A stretch of DNA of 64,000 bases, from assembly GCA_963716255.1 (NCBI GenBank), contig OY970303.1, forward strand, positions 4,544,001-4,608,000, read 5' to 3'. A program made the position numbers and the translations under genes. The stretch's first letter is position 1, and each line of letters starts with the position of its first letter. The notes under the pieces are model-generated. The model did no database searches. It worked only from the letters and a program-made list of their open reading frames with translations, and was not told the DNA's origin. The DNA is from an uncultured Gemmatimonadales bacterium. GTDB taxonomy: Bacteria; Gemmatimonadota; Gemmatimonadetes; Longimicrobiales; Longimicrobiaceae. Shown here piece by piece: positions 48,915 through 58,265 of the stretch.

Positions 48915-50774
48915 GTGAGCCAGAAAGACAAGAACCGGGAAGAGGACGGCGCGGGCAGGGCGTACGACGTGCGGATGGTCCGGCGCCTGGTGCGCTACCT
49001 CCACCCCTACCGCCTGGCGGTGGCCGGGTCCATGGCGCTGCTGTTCGTGGGGGCGGCGCTGGAGCTGGTGGGCCCGTGGATCACCATGACGGTGCTGGAC
49101 CGCGCGGTCCCCGCGCGCGACGAGCGGCTCCTGCTGACGATGACCGCGGTGTTCGCCGGCGCGCTGGCGCTCTCGTTCGTGCTCCAGTACGCGCAGTCCA
49201 TCCTGACCACCTGGCTGGCGCAGCGGGTGATGTTCGACATCCGGGTGGAGCTGTTCTCGCACCTGCAGCGGCTGTCGCTGCGCTTCTTCGACGCCAACCC
49301 GGTCGGCCGGCTGATGACCCGGGTGACCAACGACATCGAGGTCCTGAACGAGATGTTCGGGGCGGGGGTCGTCACCATCTTCGGCGACGTCTTCGTCCTG
49401 CTCTTCATCGTGGCGGCCATGTTCCGCATGGACTGGCGCCTGGCGCTGGTCACGCTCACCATCCTTCCCTTCATCCTGGCCGCGGCCTTCCTGTTCCGGG
49501 CGCGCATCCGCGATGCGTACCGCGACATCCGCGTGCGCCTGGCGCGCATCAACGCGTACCTGCAGGAGCGCGTGGGGGGAATGCGCGTGGTGCAGCTCTT
49601 CGGGCGCGAGGAGCAGTCGCTGCGGCGCTTCCGCGACGTCAACGACGAGCACCTGGAGTCGCACCTCCGCTCCATCAAGTACTACGCCCTGTTCTTCCCG
49701 GTCATCGAGGTGCTCACCGCCGTCGCCCTTGCGCTGATCCTGTGGTACGGCGGGGTGCAGGCGCTGGACGGGGCGGTCACGGTGGGGACGATCGCCGCCT
49801 TCCTGCAGTACGCGCGGCGCTTCTTCCGCCCCATCCAGGACATGTCGGAGAAGTACAACATCCTGCAGGGGGCCATGGCGTCGTCGGAGCGCATCTTCGC
49901 CCTGCTGGACACGGAGCCGGAGATCCGCGACGACCCGGATCCGCTGCACCTGCCCGGGAGGGCTGCGGGGCTGATCGAGTTCCGCGACGTGTGGTTCCGC
50001 TACGGGGAGGCGGACCCGTGGGTGCTCAAGGGCGTGTCCTTCACGGCGCGCCCGGGCGAGCGGGTGGCGATCGTGGGGGCGACGGGTGCGGGGAAGAGCA
50101 CCATCATCAACCTGCTGATGCGCTTCTACGAGCCGGAGCAGGGGGAGATCCTGTTCGACGGCGTGCCGATCGAGCGCGTGCCCATCCGGGAGCTGCGCGG
50201 GCGCGTGGGGCTGGTGCTCCAGGACGTGTTCCTGTTCAGCGGCGAGGTGAGCTACAACGTGCGGCTGGGGCGCACGGACATCTCGGACGAGCGGATCCGG
50301 CAGGCGGCGGAGCGGGTGGGCGCGGACCCGTTCATCCGGCGGCTGCCGGGCGGGTACGAGCAGCCGCTGGGAGAGCGGGGGATCTCGCTGTCGGTGGGGG
50401 AGCGGCAGCTGGTGTCGTTCACGCGGGCGCTGGCCTTCGACCCGCCGGTGCTGGTGCTGGACGAGGCGACGAGCTCGGTGGACTCGGAGCTGGAGGCGCA
50501 GATCGAGCGTGCGCTGGGGGAGCTGATGAAGGGACGGACGTCGCTGGTGATCGCGCACCGTCTTTCGACCATCCAGAGCGCGGACCAGATCCTGGTGCTG
50601 CACCACGGGGAGATCCGGGAGCGGGGGACGCACGCCGAGCTGCTTCGGCAGGGAGGGCTGTACGCGCGCCTGCACGAGCTCCAGTTCGTGCGCGCGGAGC
50701 TGGCCCACCTGCCGCCGGGGCAGGTGGACATCGAGCCCGAGGCGGAGCCGGAAGCGGAGCAGGCGCAGGCGTAG
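48915..50774 (+). CDS. ABC exporter, fused TMD-NBD (MdlB/YheH-like), copy 1
   Basis: GATGAGKS, LSVGERQ, LDEATSSVD, IAHRLST. Confidence 0.93.
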   Translation: MSQKDKNREEDGAGRAYDVRMVRRLVRYLHPYRLAVAGSMALLFVGAALELVGPWITMTVLDRAVPARDERLLLTMTAVFAGALALSFVLQYAQSILTTWLAQRVMFDIRVELFSHLQRLSLRFFDANPVGRLMTRVTNDIEVLNEMFGAGVVTIFGDVFVLLFIVAAMFRMDWRLALVTLTILPFILAAAFLFRARIRDAYRDIRVRLARINAYLQERVGGMRVVQLFGREEQSLRRFRDVNDEHLESHLRSIKYYALFFPVIEVLTAVALALILWYGGVQALDGAVTVGTIAAFLQYARRFFRPIQDMSEKYNILQGAMASSERIFALLDTEPEIRDDPDPLHLPGRAAGLIEFRDVWFRYGEADPWVLKGVSFTARPGERVAIVGATGAGKSTIINLLMRFYEPEQGEILFDGVPIERVPIRELRGRVGLVLQDVFLFSGEVSYNVRLGRTDISDERIRQAAERVGADPFIRRLPGGYEQPLGERGISLSVGERQLVSFTRALAFDPPVLVLDEATSSVDSELEAQIERALGELMKGRTSLVIAHRLSTIQSADQILVLHHGEIRERGTHAELLRQGGLYARLHELQFVRAELAHLPPGQVDIEPEAEPEAEQAQA

Positions 50775-50789
50775 ACGGCGGGCGCCGCG

Positions 50790-50910
50790 GGCCGCTCCGG
50801 AGCCCGGCGGTACGGCTGCCGGTCTCCTGCGCGGGCTCCGGAAGCCAGCCAAACTGCCGGCTGTCTCCCTTCGCCGGAGGGAGCCTCGCCAAACGGCCGG
50901 CGAGTCTCCC
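50790..50910 (+). repeat. Repeat family B copy
   Basis: Three-module architecture; followed by a family D hairpin at 50947. Confidence 0.85.
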
Positions 50911-51143
50911 ACCGTGAAGAGGGACGTGGATACAGCGGAACGACGAAAGGCGCCCCTGCCGCGGGATCCCGGCGGGGGCGCCTTCTCGTGCTTCGTACCG
51001 CCGCTGCCGGAGGGGAGAGCGGCCCCGGTCCTCCGTACCGGAACCGAGGGCCGGACCGACCCGCTGCCCCGTTGCCGGTTCCGGGCCCTAGGGGGTAGCT
51101 TCCGGCACTCGGAACGAGTCTGCTTTGGGCCAGGAGATACGGT

Positions 51144-53021
51144 GTGAGCGAGAAAGACAGGAGCCGGGAGGAGGACACCGGGGACCGGGCGTACGACGTG
51201 CGCCTGGTGCGGCGCCTGGCCCACTACCTGCGCCCGTACCGGCTGGGAGTGGCCGGCTCCATCGCCCTGCTGTTCGTCGGCGCGCCGCTGGAGCTGGTGG
51301 GGCCCTGGATCACCAAGCTGGTCCTGGACCGGGTCGTTCCGCAGCGCGACGAAGGGCTCCTCCTCCTGCTCACCGGCGCCTTCGTGGGAGCGCTGGCGTT
51401 CGCGTTCGTGCTCCGGTACGTGCAGGCCATCCTGACCACCTGGCTGGCGCAGCGGGTGATGTTCGACATCCGGGTGGAGGTGTTCTCGCACCTGCAGCGG
51501 CTGTCGCTGCGCTTCTTCGACGCCAACCCGGTCGGCCGGCTGATGACCCGGGTGACCAACGACATCGAGGTCCTGAACGAGGTGTTCGGGGCGGGGATCG
51601 TCACCATCTTCGGCGATGTCTTCGTCCTGCTCTTCGTCGCGGCGGCGATGTTCCGCATGGACTGGCGGCTGGCGCTGATCGCGCTGACCATCTTCCCCTT
51701 CATCGTCGTTGCCACGCTCGTCTTCCGCGCCCGGATGCGCGGGACCCTGCGCGAGATCCGGGTACTCGTGGCACGGATCAACGCGTACCTGCAGGAGCGC
51801 GTGGGGGGGATGCGCGTGGTGCAGCTCTTCGGGCGCGAGGAGCCGTCGCTGCGGCACTTCCGCGAGGTCAACGACGAGCACCAGGAAGCGCACCTCCGCT
51901 TCGTCACCAGCTCCGCGCTCTTCCTCCCGGTGCTCGAAGTGCTCACCGCCGTCGCCCTTGCGCTGATCCTGTGGTACGGCGGGGTGCGGGCGCTGGACGG
52001 GGCGGTCACGGTGGGCACCATTGCCGCCTTCCTGCAGTACGCGCGGCGCTTCTTCGCCCCCATCCAGGACATGGCGGAGAAATTCAACATCCTGCAGGGG
52101 GCCATGGCGTCGTCTGAGCGCATCTTCGCCCTGCTGGACACGGAGCCGGAGATCCGCGACGACCCGGATCCGCTGCACCTGCCCGCCAAGGCTGCGGGGC
52201 TGATCGAGTTCCGCGACGTGTGGTTCCGCTACGGGGAGGCGGACCCGTGGGTGCTCAAGGGCGTGTCCTTCACGGCGCGCCCGGGCGAGCGGGTGGCGAT
52301 CGTGGGGGCGACGGGTGCGGGAAAGAGCACCATCATCAACCTGCTGATGCGCTTCTACGAGCCGGAGAAGGGGGAGATCCTGTTCGACGGCGTGCCCATC
52401 CGGCGCGTGCCCATCCGGGAGCTGCGCGGGCGCGTGGGGCTGGTGCTCCAGGACGTGTTCCTGTTCAGCGGCGAGGTGAGCTACAACGTGCGGCTGGGGC
52501 GCACGGACATCTCGGACGAGCGGATCCGGCAGGCGGCGGAGCGGGTGGGCGCGGACCCGTTCATCCGGCGGCTGCCGGGCGGGTACGAGCAGCCGCTGGG
52601 AGAGCGGGGGATCTCGCTGTCGGTGGGGGAGCGGCAGCTGGTGTCGTTCACGCGGGCGCTGGCCTTCGACCCGCCGGTGCTGGTGCTGGACGAGGCGACG
52701 AGCTCGGTGGACTCGGAGCTGGAGGCGCAGATCGAGCGTGCGCTGGGGGAGCTGATGAAGGGACGGACGTCGCTGGTGATCGCGCACCGTCTCTCGACCA
52801 TCCAGAGCGCGGACCAGATCCTGGTGCTTCACCACGGGGAGATCCGGGAGCGGGGGACGCACGCCGAGCTTCTGCGGCAGGGAGGGCTGTACGCGCGCCT
52901 GCACGAGCTCCAGTTCGTGCGCGCGGAGCTGGCCCACCTGCCGCCGGGGCAGGTGGACATCGAGCCCGAGGCGGAGCCGGGGGCGGAGCCGGCGGGGGCG
53001 CAGGCGGACCCGGTGGCGTAG
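51144..53021 (+). CDS. ABC exporter, fused TMD-NBD, copy 2 (tandem paralog)
   Basis: NBD almost identical to copy 1; TMD diverged in patches. Confidence 0.93.
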   Translation: MSEKDRSREEDTGDRAYDVRLVRRLAHYLRPYRLGVAGSIALLFVGAPLELVGPWITKLVLDRVVPQRDEGLLLLLTGAFVGALAFAFVLRYVQAILTTWLAQRVMFDIRVEVFSHLQRLSLRFFDANPVGRLMTRVTNDIEVLNEVFGAGIVTIFGDVFVLLFVAAAMFRMDWRLALIALTIFPFIVVATLVFRARMRGTLREIRVLVARINAYLQERVGGMRVVQLFGREEPSLRHFREVNDEHQEAHLRFVTSSALFLPVLEVLTAVALALILWYGGVRALDGAVTVGTIAAFLQYARRFFAPIQDMAEKFNILQGAMASSERIFALLDTEPEIRDDPDPLHLPAKAAGLIEFRDVWFRYGEADPWVLKGVSFTARPGERVAIVGATGAGKSTIINLLMRFYEPEKGEILFDGVPIRRVPIRELRGRVGLVLQDVFLFSGEVSYNVRLGRTDISDERIRQAAERVGADPFIRRLPGGYEQPLGERGISLSVGERQLVSFTRALAFDPPVLVLDEATSSVDSELEAQIERALGELMKGRTSLVIAHRLSTIQSADQILVLHHGEIRERGTHAELLRQGGLYARLHELQFVRAELAHLPPGQVDIEPEAEPGAEPAGAQADPVA

Positions 53022-53051
53022 ACGTCTTCGGCGGCGCAGGCGTCTTCGGCG

Positions 53052-53177
53052 GGCCGCTCCGGAGCCCGGCGGTACAGCTGCCGGTCTCCTGCGCGGGCTC
53101 CGCGAACCCCGCCGAACTGCCGGCGGGTTTCCCTTCGCCGGAGGGAGCCTCGCCGAACAGCCGGCGTGTCTCCCTCC
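53052..53177 (+). repeat. Repeat family B copy
   Basis: Three-module architecture; followed by a family D hairpin at 53211. Confidence 0.85.
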
Positions 53178-53270
53178 GTGAAGAACAATGTGGGTACAGC
53201 GGAACGACGAAAGGCGCCCCCGCCGCGAGATCCCGGCGGGGGCGCCTTCTCGTGCTTCGCGCTCCCGTAT

Positions 53271-54590
53271 CTACTTCCGCGCTCCCGCGCTCCGCACCCT
53301 CGCGGCCCCCGCCGGCGGCGCGGCCTTTCCCAGCTTGGCGTCGTACAGGCGGGCGTCGGCGGCGGCGATCATCTCCTCGGGCGAAGCGAAGCCCGGCTCG
53401 TACGCGGCGATCCCCACGCTCACGGCGATGGTCCCGGCCAGGCGGCGCCGGACCCGCTCCACCAGGGACCGGGCGCCGTCCTCGCTGCCGCGGGGGAGGA
53501 TGACGACGAACTCGTCGCCGCCGTAGCGCACCACCAGGTCGGAGCCGCGTACCTCCTGGCGCATCGCGTCGGCGACGGAGCGGAGGATGCGGTCGCCGGC
53601 CAGGTGGCCCTGCCCGTCGTTGACCGCCTTGAAGTCGTCCAGGTCCACCACCACCAGGGTGAGCGGCTCGCCCCGGCGCGCCGCGGCCCAGGCGCGCTCC
53701 AGCACCACCTCCATCTGGCGGCGGTTGGCCAGGCCGGTGAGCGGGTCGGTGAGCGACAGGCTGCGCACCTCCCCCAGGAGGCGCACCCGCTTCAGCGCCG
53801 CCTCGGCGAGGCTGGCCAGCGCGCGGAAGATGTCCCAGTCCTGGGGCTCGAAGAGCCGCTCCGCGCGGCGCTCCACCAGGAAGAGGAGGCCGTCCTCGCC
53901 CACAGGGGTGTGGGCCACGTAGGCGGCGCGGGTCTCGGTGAAGAGGGGAGAAAGGGCGGAGAAAGGGGAGCCCGTGTCGGCGCGGGCGTCGCCGCGGGCC
54001 AGGATCCCGGGGCGCCGGAAGCGCGCGTGCGCCGGGAGGGCCAGCCGCCGCGCCTCCGTCCCCCCGATGCAGTGCTCCACGGGGCGGAATACCCCGGCCG
54101 CCGGGTCGCGCAGGAAGAGGACGGCCATGTACCCGTCCACGATGCGCAGCACGTGCTCGCCCAGGGCGCGGCACACCTCCTCCGCGCTTTCCGCGTCGTT
54201 CAGCTGCTCCGAGAAGGCGATCAGCTTCTCGGGTAGCTGCTCGCGGCGCCACGCCCGCAGCCGCTCCTGCCGCCAGGCCGCCGCTCCCGCCGCCGCGCGC
54301 TCCAGCAGGTCCTCGCCGCCGCCGCCGCGGGGGATGGAGCGGACGGCCGCCCCCGCCAGCAGCACCGCGTCCCGCGTTCCCAGGTCCAGCAGCACCACCG
54401 CTTCGTCCGAGGGGAGGACCGACTCCGTCTCGCGCACCGCCACCGGGTGCAGGGCGCCGCCGGGCTCCGCGCCGCAGGCCATGAGCGCCAGCCGGTACCC
54501 GCCCGCGGCCTGGAAGGATTCACCCTCCGGCGAGGCGGGGCTGGCGAGCAGCAGGCTCAGCTCGCGGTCCTCCCTGCGGCGAAACTTCAT
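53271..54590 (-). CDS. GAF-like sensor diguanylate cyclase
   Basis: TDPLTGLANRR, DLDDFK, RYGGDEF, RxxD I-site (RGSD); GGAGGAG RBS. Confidence 0.9.
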   Translation of the reverse strand: MKFRRREDRELSLLLASPASPEGESFQAAGGYRLALMACGAEPGGALHPVAVRETESVLPSDEAVVLLDLGTRDAVLLAGAAVRSIPRGGGGEDLLERAAAGAAAWRQERLRAWRREQLPEKLIAFSEQLNDAESAEEVCRALGEHVLRIVDGYMAVLFLRDPAAGVFRPVEHCIGGTEARRLALPAHARFRRPGILARGDARADTGSPFSALSPLFTETRAAYVAHTPVGEDGLLFLVERRAERLFEPQDWDIFRALASLAEAALKRVRLLGEVRSLSLTDPLTGLANRRQMEVVLERAWAAARRGEPLTLVVVDLDDFKAVNDGQGHLAGDRILRSVADAMRQEVRGSDLVVRYGGDEFVVILPRGSEDGARSLVERVRRRLAGTIAVSVGIAAYEPGFASPEEMIAAADARLYDAKLGKAAPPAGAARVRSAGARK

Positions 54591-54986
54591 GAATTTGCTC
54601 CTCCCGTGCGGCGGGTGGCCAAGGCGGGCGGGTCGCCGGGAACGCCTGAAAGGTGCATGCCGCGGCGATAGTGTCCGGAGTGGACGGCGGCGGCGGCGGC
54701 GTGGGGCGGCCTGGGGTTTTTCCGAAAAGGGCGGCGGGCGGCCCGAATATAAGCAGCGTAACCGGTTAACACAACCGCGCTTGGCGTCCCGGAGCATCGC
54801 ATCCCGCAGCGTCGTGCGTTTGCCGGCCCGACGGAGTGCGGGCGCGCGCCTCACGCTCCCGGGGTGTTCCCGTAACCCGAAGCGTATAAGGGATTTGGCT
54901 TTTACTGGCCTGCTTCTTGCCCGCTCTTGCGACCCCAGGGCCGGCGCCGGCTCTCCTCCGCTTTTCCCGCAACGTACGGCCGAATC

Positions 54987-55373
54987 GTGAACGACAAGAC
55001 GATCCTGGTAGTGGACGACAACGTCGACAACGTGGAGATCCTGCGCGCGTTCCTGGAGTCGCGGGGCTACGTGGTCGCGGAGGCGCAGGACGGCCGCGCC
55101 GCGCTGGCGAAGATGGAGCAGGTCCGCCCGGCCCTGGTGCTGCTCGACGTGATGATGCCGGGGATGGACGGGTGGCAGGTGTGCCGCACCATCAAGAACC
55201 ACCCCGACTTCGGCGACACGCGCGTGGTCATGGTGACCGCGAAGGGCGGGTTCGAGGACAAGTTCGAGGGGCTGCGCTCCGGCGCCGACGACTACGTGGT
55301 GAAGCCCGTGGACCTCAAGGAGCTCGCGGAAAAGGTGCAGCGCAACCTCGCGGCCCGGGAGGGCGGCGCGTGA
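54987..55373 (+). CDS. Single-domain response regulator
   Basis: ILVVDD, LLDVMMPGMDG, DYVVKP; GTG start. Confidence 0.92.
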   Translation: MNDKTILVVDDNVDNVEILRAFLESRGYVVAEAQDGRAALAKMEQVRPALVLLDVMMPGMDGWQVCRTIKNHPDFGDTRVVMVTAKGGFEDKFEGLRSGADDYVVKPVDLKELAEKVQRNLAAREGGA

Positions 55374-57034
55374 GGGTTCTGGCGCGGGTGCAGGACACCC
55401 CCCTGCAGGAGGAGCTGGTGAACGCGGCCGCCCGCCTGGGCGCGGAGCTGATGCTGGTGAACGCGCCGGAGGCCTCCAGCGTGGCGGCGGGCGACCGGCT
55501 GCTGGACGCGGTGCGGTCGCACCCGGACGTGGTGTTCGTGGAGTCGGCGTCGGGGGACGAGATCCGCACGCTGCGCGCGGAGACCGCCTCGCGGGGAATC
55601 GCGCTGGTGGTAGCGTGCCCCGGCGACCAGGTCGCCGCCTGCGCCTCCGAGGCGCGAGCCGACGAGTGGCTGCTGGCGTCCAGCGGCGAGGTGGAGATCG
55701 CCTCCCGCATCGAGTCCGCGCTGGCGCGCGTGCGCAAGGCGGAGCGCCCGGAGGCGACCGCGCAGGCCGCCGAGCACCTGCGCTACGAGGAGCTGCTTTA
55801 CGACCGCTTCACCGGGTTTCCCACGCTCCCGGTGATGCTGGAGCGCGGCCGCGAGATCCTGGAGCGCACCGGGCGGCTCACGATCCTGTACATCGAGTTC
55901 GTCCGCTACTCCAAGCTGGAGGAGATCTACGGCTGGCAGAAGCTGGACGAAGTGCTGCAGACCACCGCCGGGTCGGTGCGCGAGTTCTACGACCGCCAGC
56001 GCGGCGCGTCGGAAAGCCACCTGATGGTGTCGCACACCGGCGACGACGACTTCATCTTCTTCACCGACCTGCAGCAGCAACCGGTGGAGGACGCGGAACG
56101 GCGCATCAACGAACTGGCGGAGGAGCTGGAGCGCTACATCGCCGAGCGGCTGGAAAAGGAGCACGGGGAGGACATCGCGGGGCTGTTCGGGATCTACGTG
56201 GGCTCCACCACCCTGTTCCGCAACCCCAAGATCCGCACCGAGCGCATGATCTACCGCGGGATCCGCGAGGCGGCGCTGGCGGCCCGCAGCGTGGAGCACC
56301 GCGAGCGGAGCCGCAAGGTGGCGGACCTCAAGAACACGCTCCGCGAGGGCGCGGTCTACATCGTCTACCACCCCATCGTGGTGACGGAGACGCGCGAAGT
56401 GTACGGCTACGAGGCGCTCGCGCGCGGGAGCCTGCGGAGCCTCCGCTCGCCGGAGGTGCTCTTCGGGGTGGCCGAGGAGGCGAACCTGATCTGGGAGCTT
56501 TCCCGCCTCTGCCGCAAGCGGGCCATCGAAGGGATCGACGAGAACCTCAAGCCCCACGAGCTGCTCTTCATCAACATCGACCCGCACGACTTCCGCGACC
56601 CCACCTTCCGCTACCTGGACCTGGACGAGCTGGGGGTGGAGCACCCGGAGCGCATCGTGCTGGAGATCACGGAGCGCACCGCGATCACCGACTACCCCAC
56701 CTTCCAGGGCTACCTGGACGACTTCCGGGCGCGCGGCTTCCGCTTCGCCGTGGACGACGCGGGATCGGGGTACGCGGGGCTGGGGAGCATCGCCAACCTG
56801 GCGCCGGACTTCATCAAGCTGGACATCTCGCTGATCTCCAGCATCGACACCAACTTCATGAAGCAGAACCTGGTGGACACCATGGTGTCGTTCGCCAACG
56901 ACCACGACATCAAGGTGATCGCGGAGGGGGTGGAGCGCGAGGAGGAGTACGAGACCGTCAAGGCGCTGGGGGTGCACCTGACGCAGGGATTCCTCTTCCA
57001 CAACGCCCAGGGGAACGGAAAGGGCGAGCCCTGA
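55370..57034 (+). CDS. EAL phosphodiesterase with degenerate REC and GGDEF-like domains
   Basis: YEALAR, FINI, LEITE, VDDAGSGY, IKLD, IAEGVE, QG. Confidence 0.9.
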   Translation: MRVLARVQDTPLQEELVNAAARLGAELMLVNAPEASSVAAGDRLLDAVRSHPDVVFVESASGDEIRTLRAETASRGIALVVACPGDQVAACASEARADEWLLASSGEVEIASRIESALARVRKAERPEATAQAAEHLRYEELLYDRFTGFPTLPVMLERGREILERTGRLTILYIEFVRYSKLEEIYGWQKLDEVLQTTAGSVREFYDRQRGASESHLMVSHTGDDDFIFFTDLQQQPVEDAERRINELAEELERYIAERLEKEHGEDIAGLFGIYVGSTTLFRNPKIRTERMIYRGIREAALAARSVEHRERSRKVADLKNTLREGAVYIVYHPIVVTETREVYGYEALARGSLRSLRSPEVLFGVAEEANLIWELSRLCRKRAIEGIDENLKPHELLFINIDPHDFRDPTFRYLDLDELGVEHPERIVLEITERTAITDYPTFQGYLDDFRARGFRFAVDDAGSGYAGLGSIANLAPDFIKLDISLISSIDTNFMKQNLVDTMVSFANDHDIKVIAEGVEREEEYETVKALGVHLTQGFLFHNAQGNGKGEP

Positions 57035-58218
57035 TGGACGAGAGCGCGGCCGGCACGATCCGCCCGGCGGGCCCGGTGGAAGGCGGGATGCCCACGGCGC
57101 CCCCGCAGGAGGAGAGCACGCTGCGCGCGGCGGCGCTGGCCGACCTGCTGGCCTCGCGCCGGGGGGAGCGGCACGTGGTGGCCATCCAGGACTTCCCGGA
57201 CCCGGACGCGATCTCGTCGGGGATGGCCTACCGGGAGATGGCGCGCGTCTTCGGGGTGGAAGCGGACGTGGTGTACGACGGCCAAATCAGCCACCCGGAG
57301 AACCTGGCGCTGGTCAACCTGCTCGACATCCAGCTCACCCGCTACGACGAGCGGCTCAAGCTGGACCTCTACGACGCGGCGGTGTTCGTGGACAACCAGG
57401 GGAGCACCACGCACCTGACGGAGCGCCTGCGCGCCGCGGGGGTGCCCACGCTGGCGGTGATCGACCACCACGACCCGCAGGACGTGCTGGACCCGGTGTT
57501 CAGCGACATCCGCCCGGTGAGCGCGGCGGCCACCCTGATGACGGAGTACCTGCGCAGCGGCCGCATCCTGCAGCTGAACCCGGAGAACCGCTCGCACGTG
57601 CAGCTCGCCACCGCGCTGATGCACGGGCTGCACAGCGAGACGGACGGGTTCATCCACGCCCGGTCGCCGGAGTACCGGGCCGCCTCGTACCTGAGCGGCT
57701 TCGTGGACGCGGACCTGCTGGAGCGGGTGCTGTGCGTCCAGAAGTCGCACGCCACCATGGACGCGATCGAGGCGGCGCTGGCGAACCGCATCATCCAGGG
57801 GGGGATCTCGGTGGCGGGGGTGGGCTACCTGCGCTGGGCCGACCGCGACGCCATCCCCCAGGCGGCGGACTTTCTCCTCACGGAGGAGAACGTGCACACC
57901 GCGGTGGTCTACGGCATCCTCTGCGACGACGACCGCGAACTGGTCACCGGCAGCCTGCGCACCTCCAAGGTGACGCTCTCGGTGGACTCGTTCCTCAAGA
58001 AGGCGCTGGGCAGCGACCTGCGCGGCCAGCCCTACGGCGGCGGCCGCAGCCGCGCGGGCGGCTTCGAGATCGAGGTGGGCTTCCTCGCCGGCGGCGAGGA
58101 CGACTCCGACGGCCGCGAGGCCAAGTGGACCCTTTTCGACCGCCGCATCCGCCGCCGGATCTTCCACGCCGCCGGCCTGGACGCCGACGACGATGCGGGG
58201 TGCGGAGTGGAGGGGTAA
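57034..58218 (+). CDS. DHH/DHHA1 phosphoesterase (NrnA-like)
   Basis: PDPDA, VDNQ, IDHH, GGGRSRAGG. Confidence 0.88.
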   Translation: MDESAAGTIRPAGPVEGGMPTAPPQEESTLRAAALADLLASRRGERHVVAIQDFPDPDAISSGMAYREMARVFGVEADVVYDGQISHPENLALVNLLDIQLTRYDERLKLDLYDAAVFVDNQGSTTHLTERLRAAGVPTLAVIDHHDPQDVLDPVFSDIRPVSAAATLMTEYLRSGRILQLNPENRSHVQLATALMHGLHSETDGFIHARSPEYRAASYLSGFVDADLLERVLCVQKSHATMDAIEAALANRIIQGGISVAGVGYLRWADRDAIPQAADFLLTEENVHTAVVYGILCDDDRELVTGSLRTSKVTLSVDSFLKKALGSDLRGQPYGGGRSRAGGFEIEVGFLAGGEDDSDGREAKWTLFDRRIRRRIFHAAGLDADDDAGCGVEG

Positions 58219-58265
58219 GGAAGTGCGGGAGTGCGAAAGTGAACGGCAGTACGGAGTACGAAGTA

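Noticed and set aside
48888..52937. 1349-aa minus-strand ORF and other long shadow ORFs (10693-13881, 19522-22161, 39277-41931)
   Set aside because: Antisense or alternate-frame read-through of real high-GC genes; Arg/Pro/Gly-rich with no motifs
54591..54986. c-di-GMP riboswitch in the GGDEF/REC intergenic region
   Set aside because: Some hairpin potential, but the conserved class I or class II core could not be recognised
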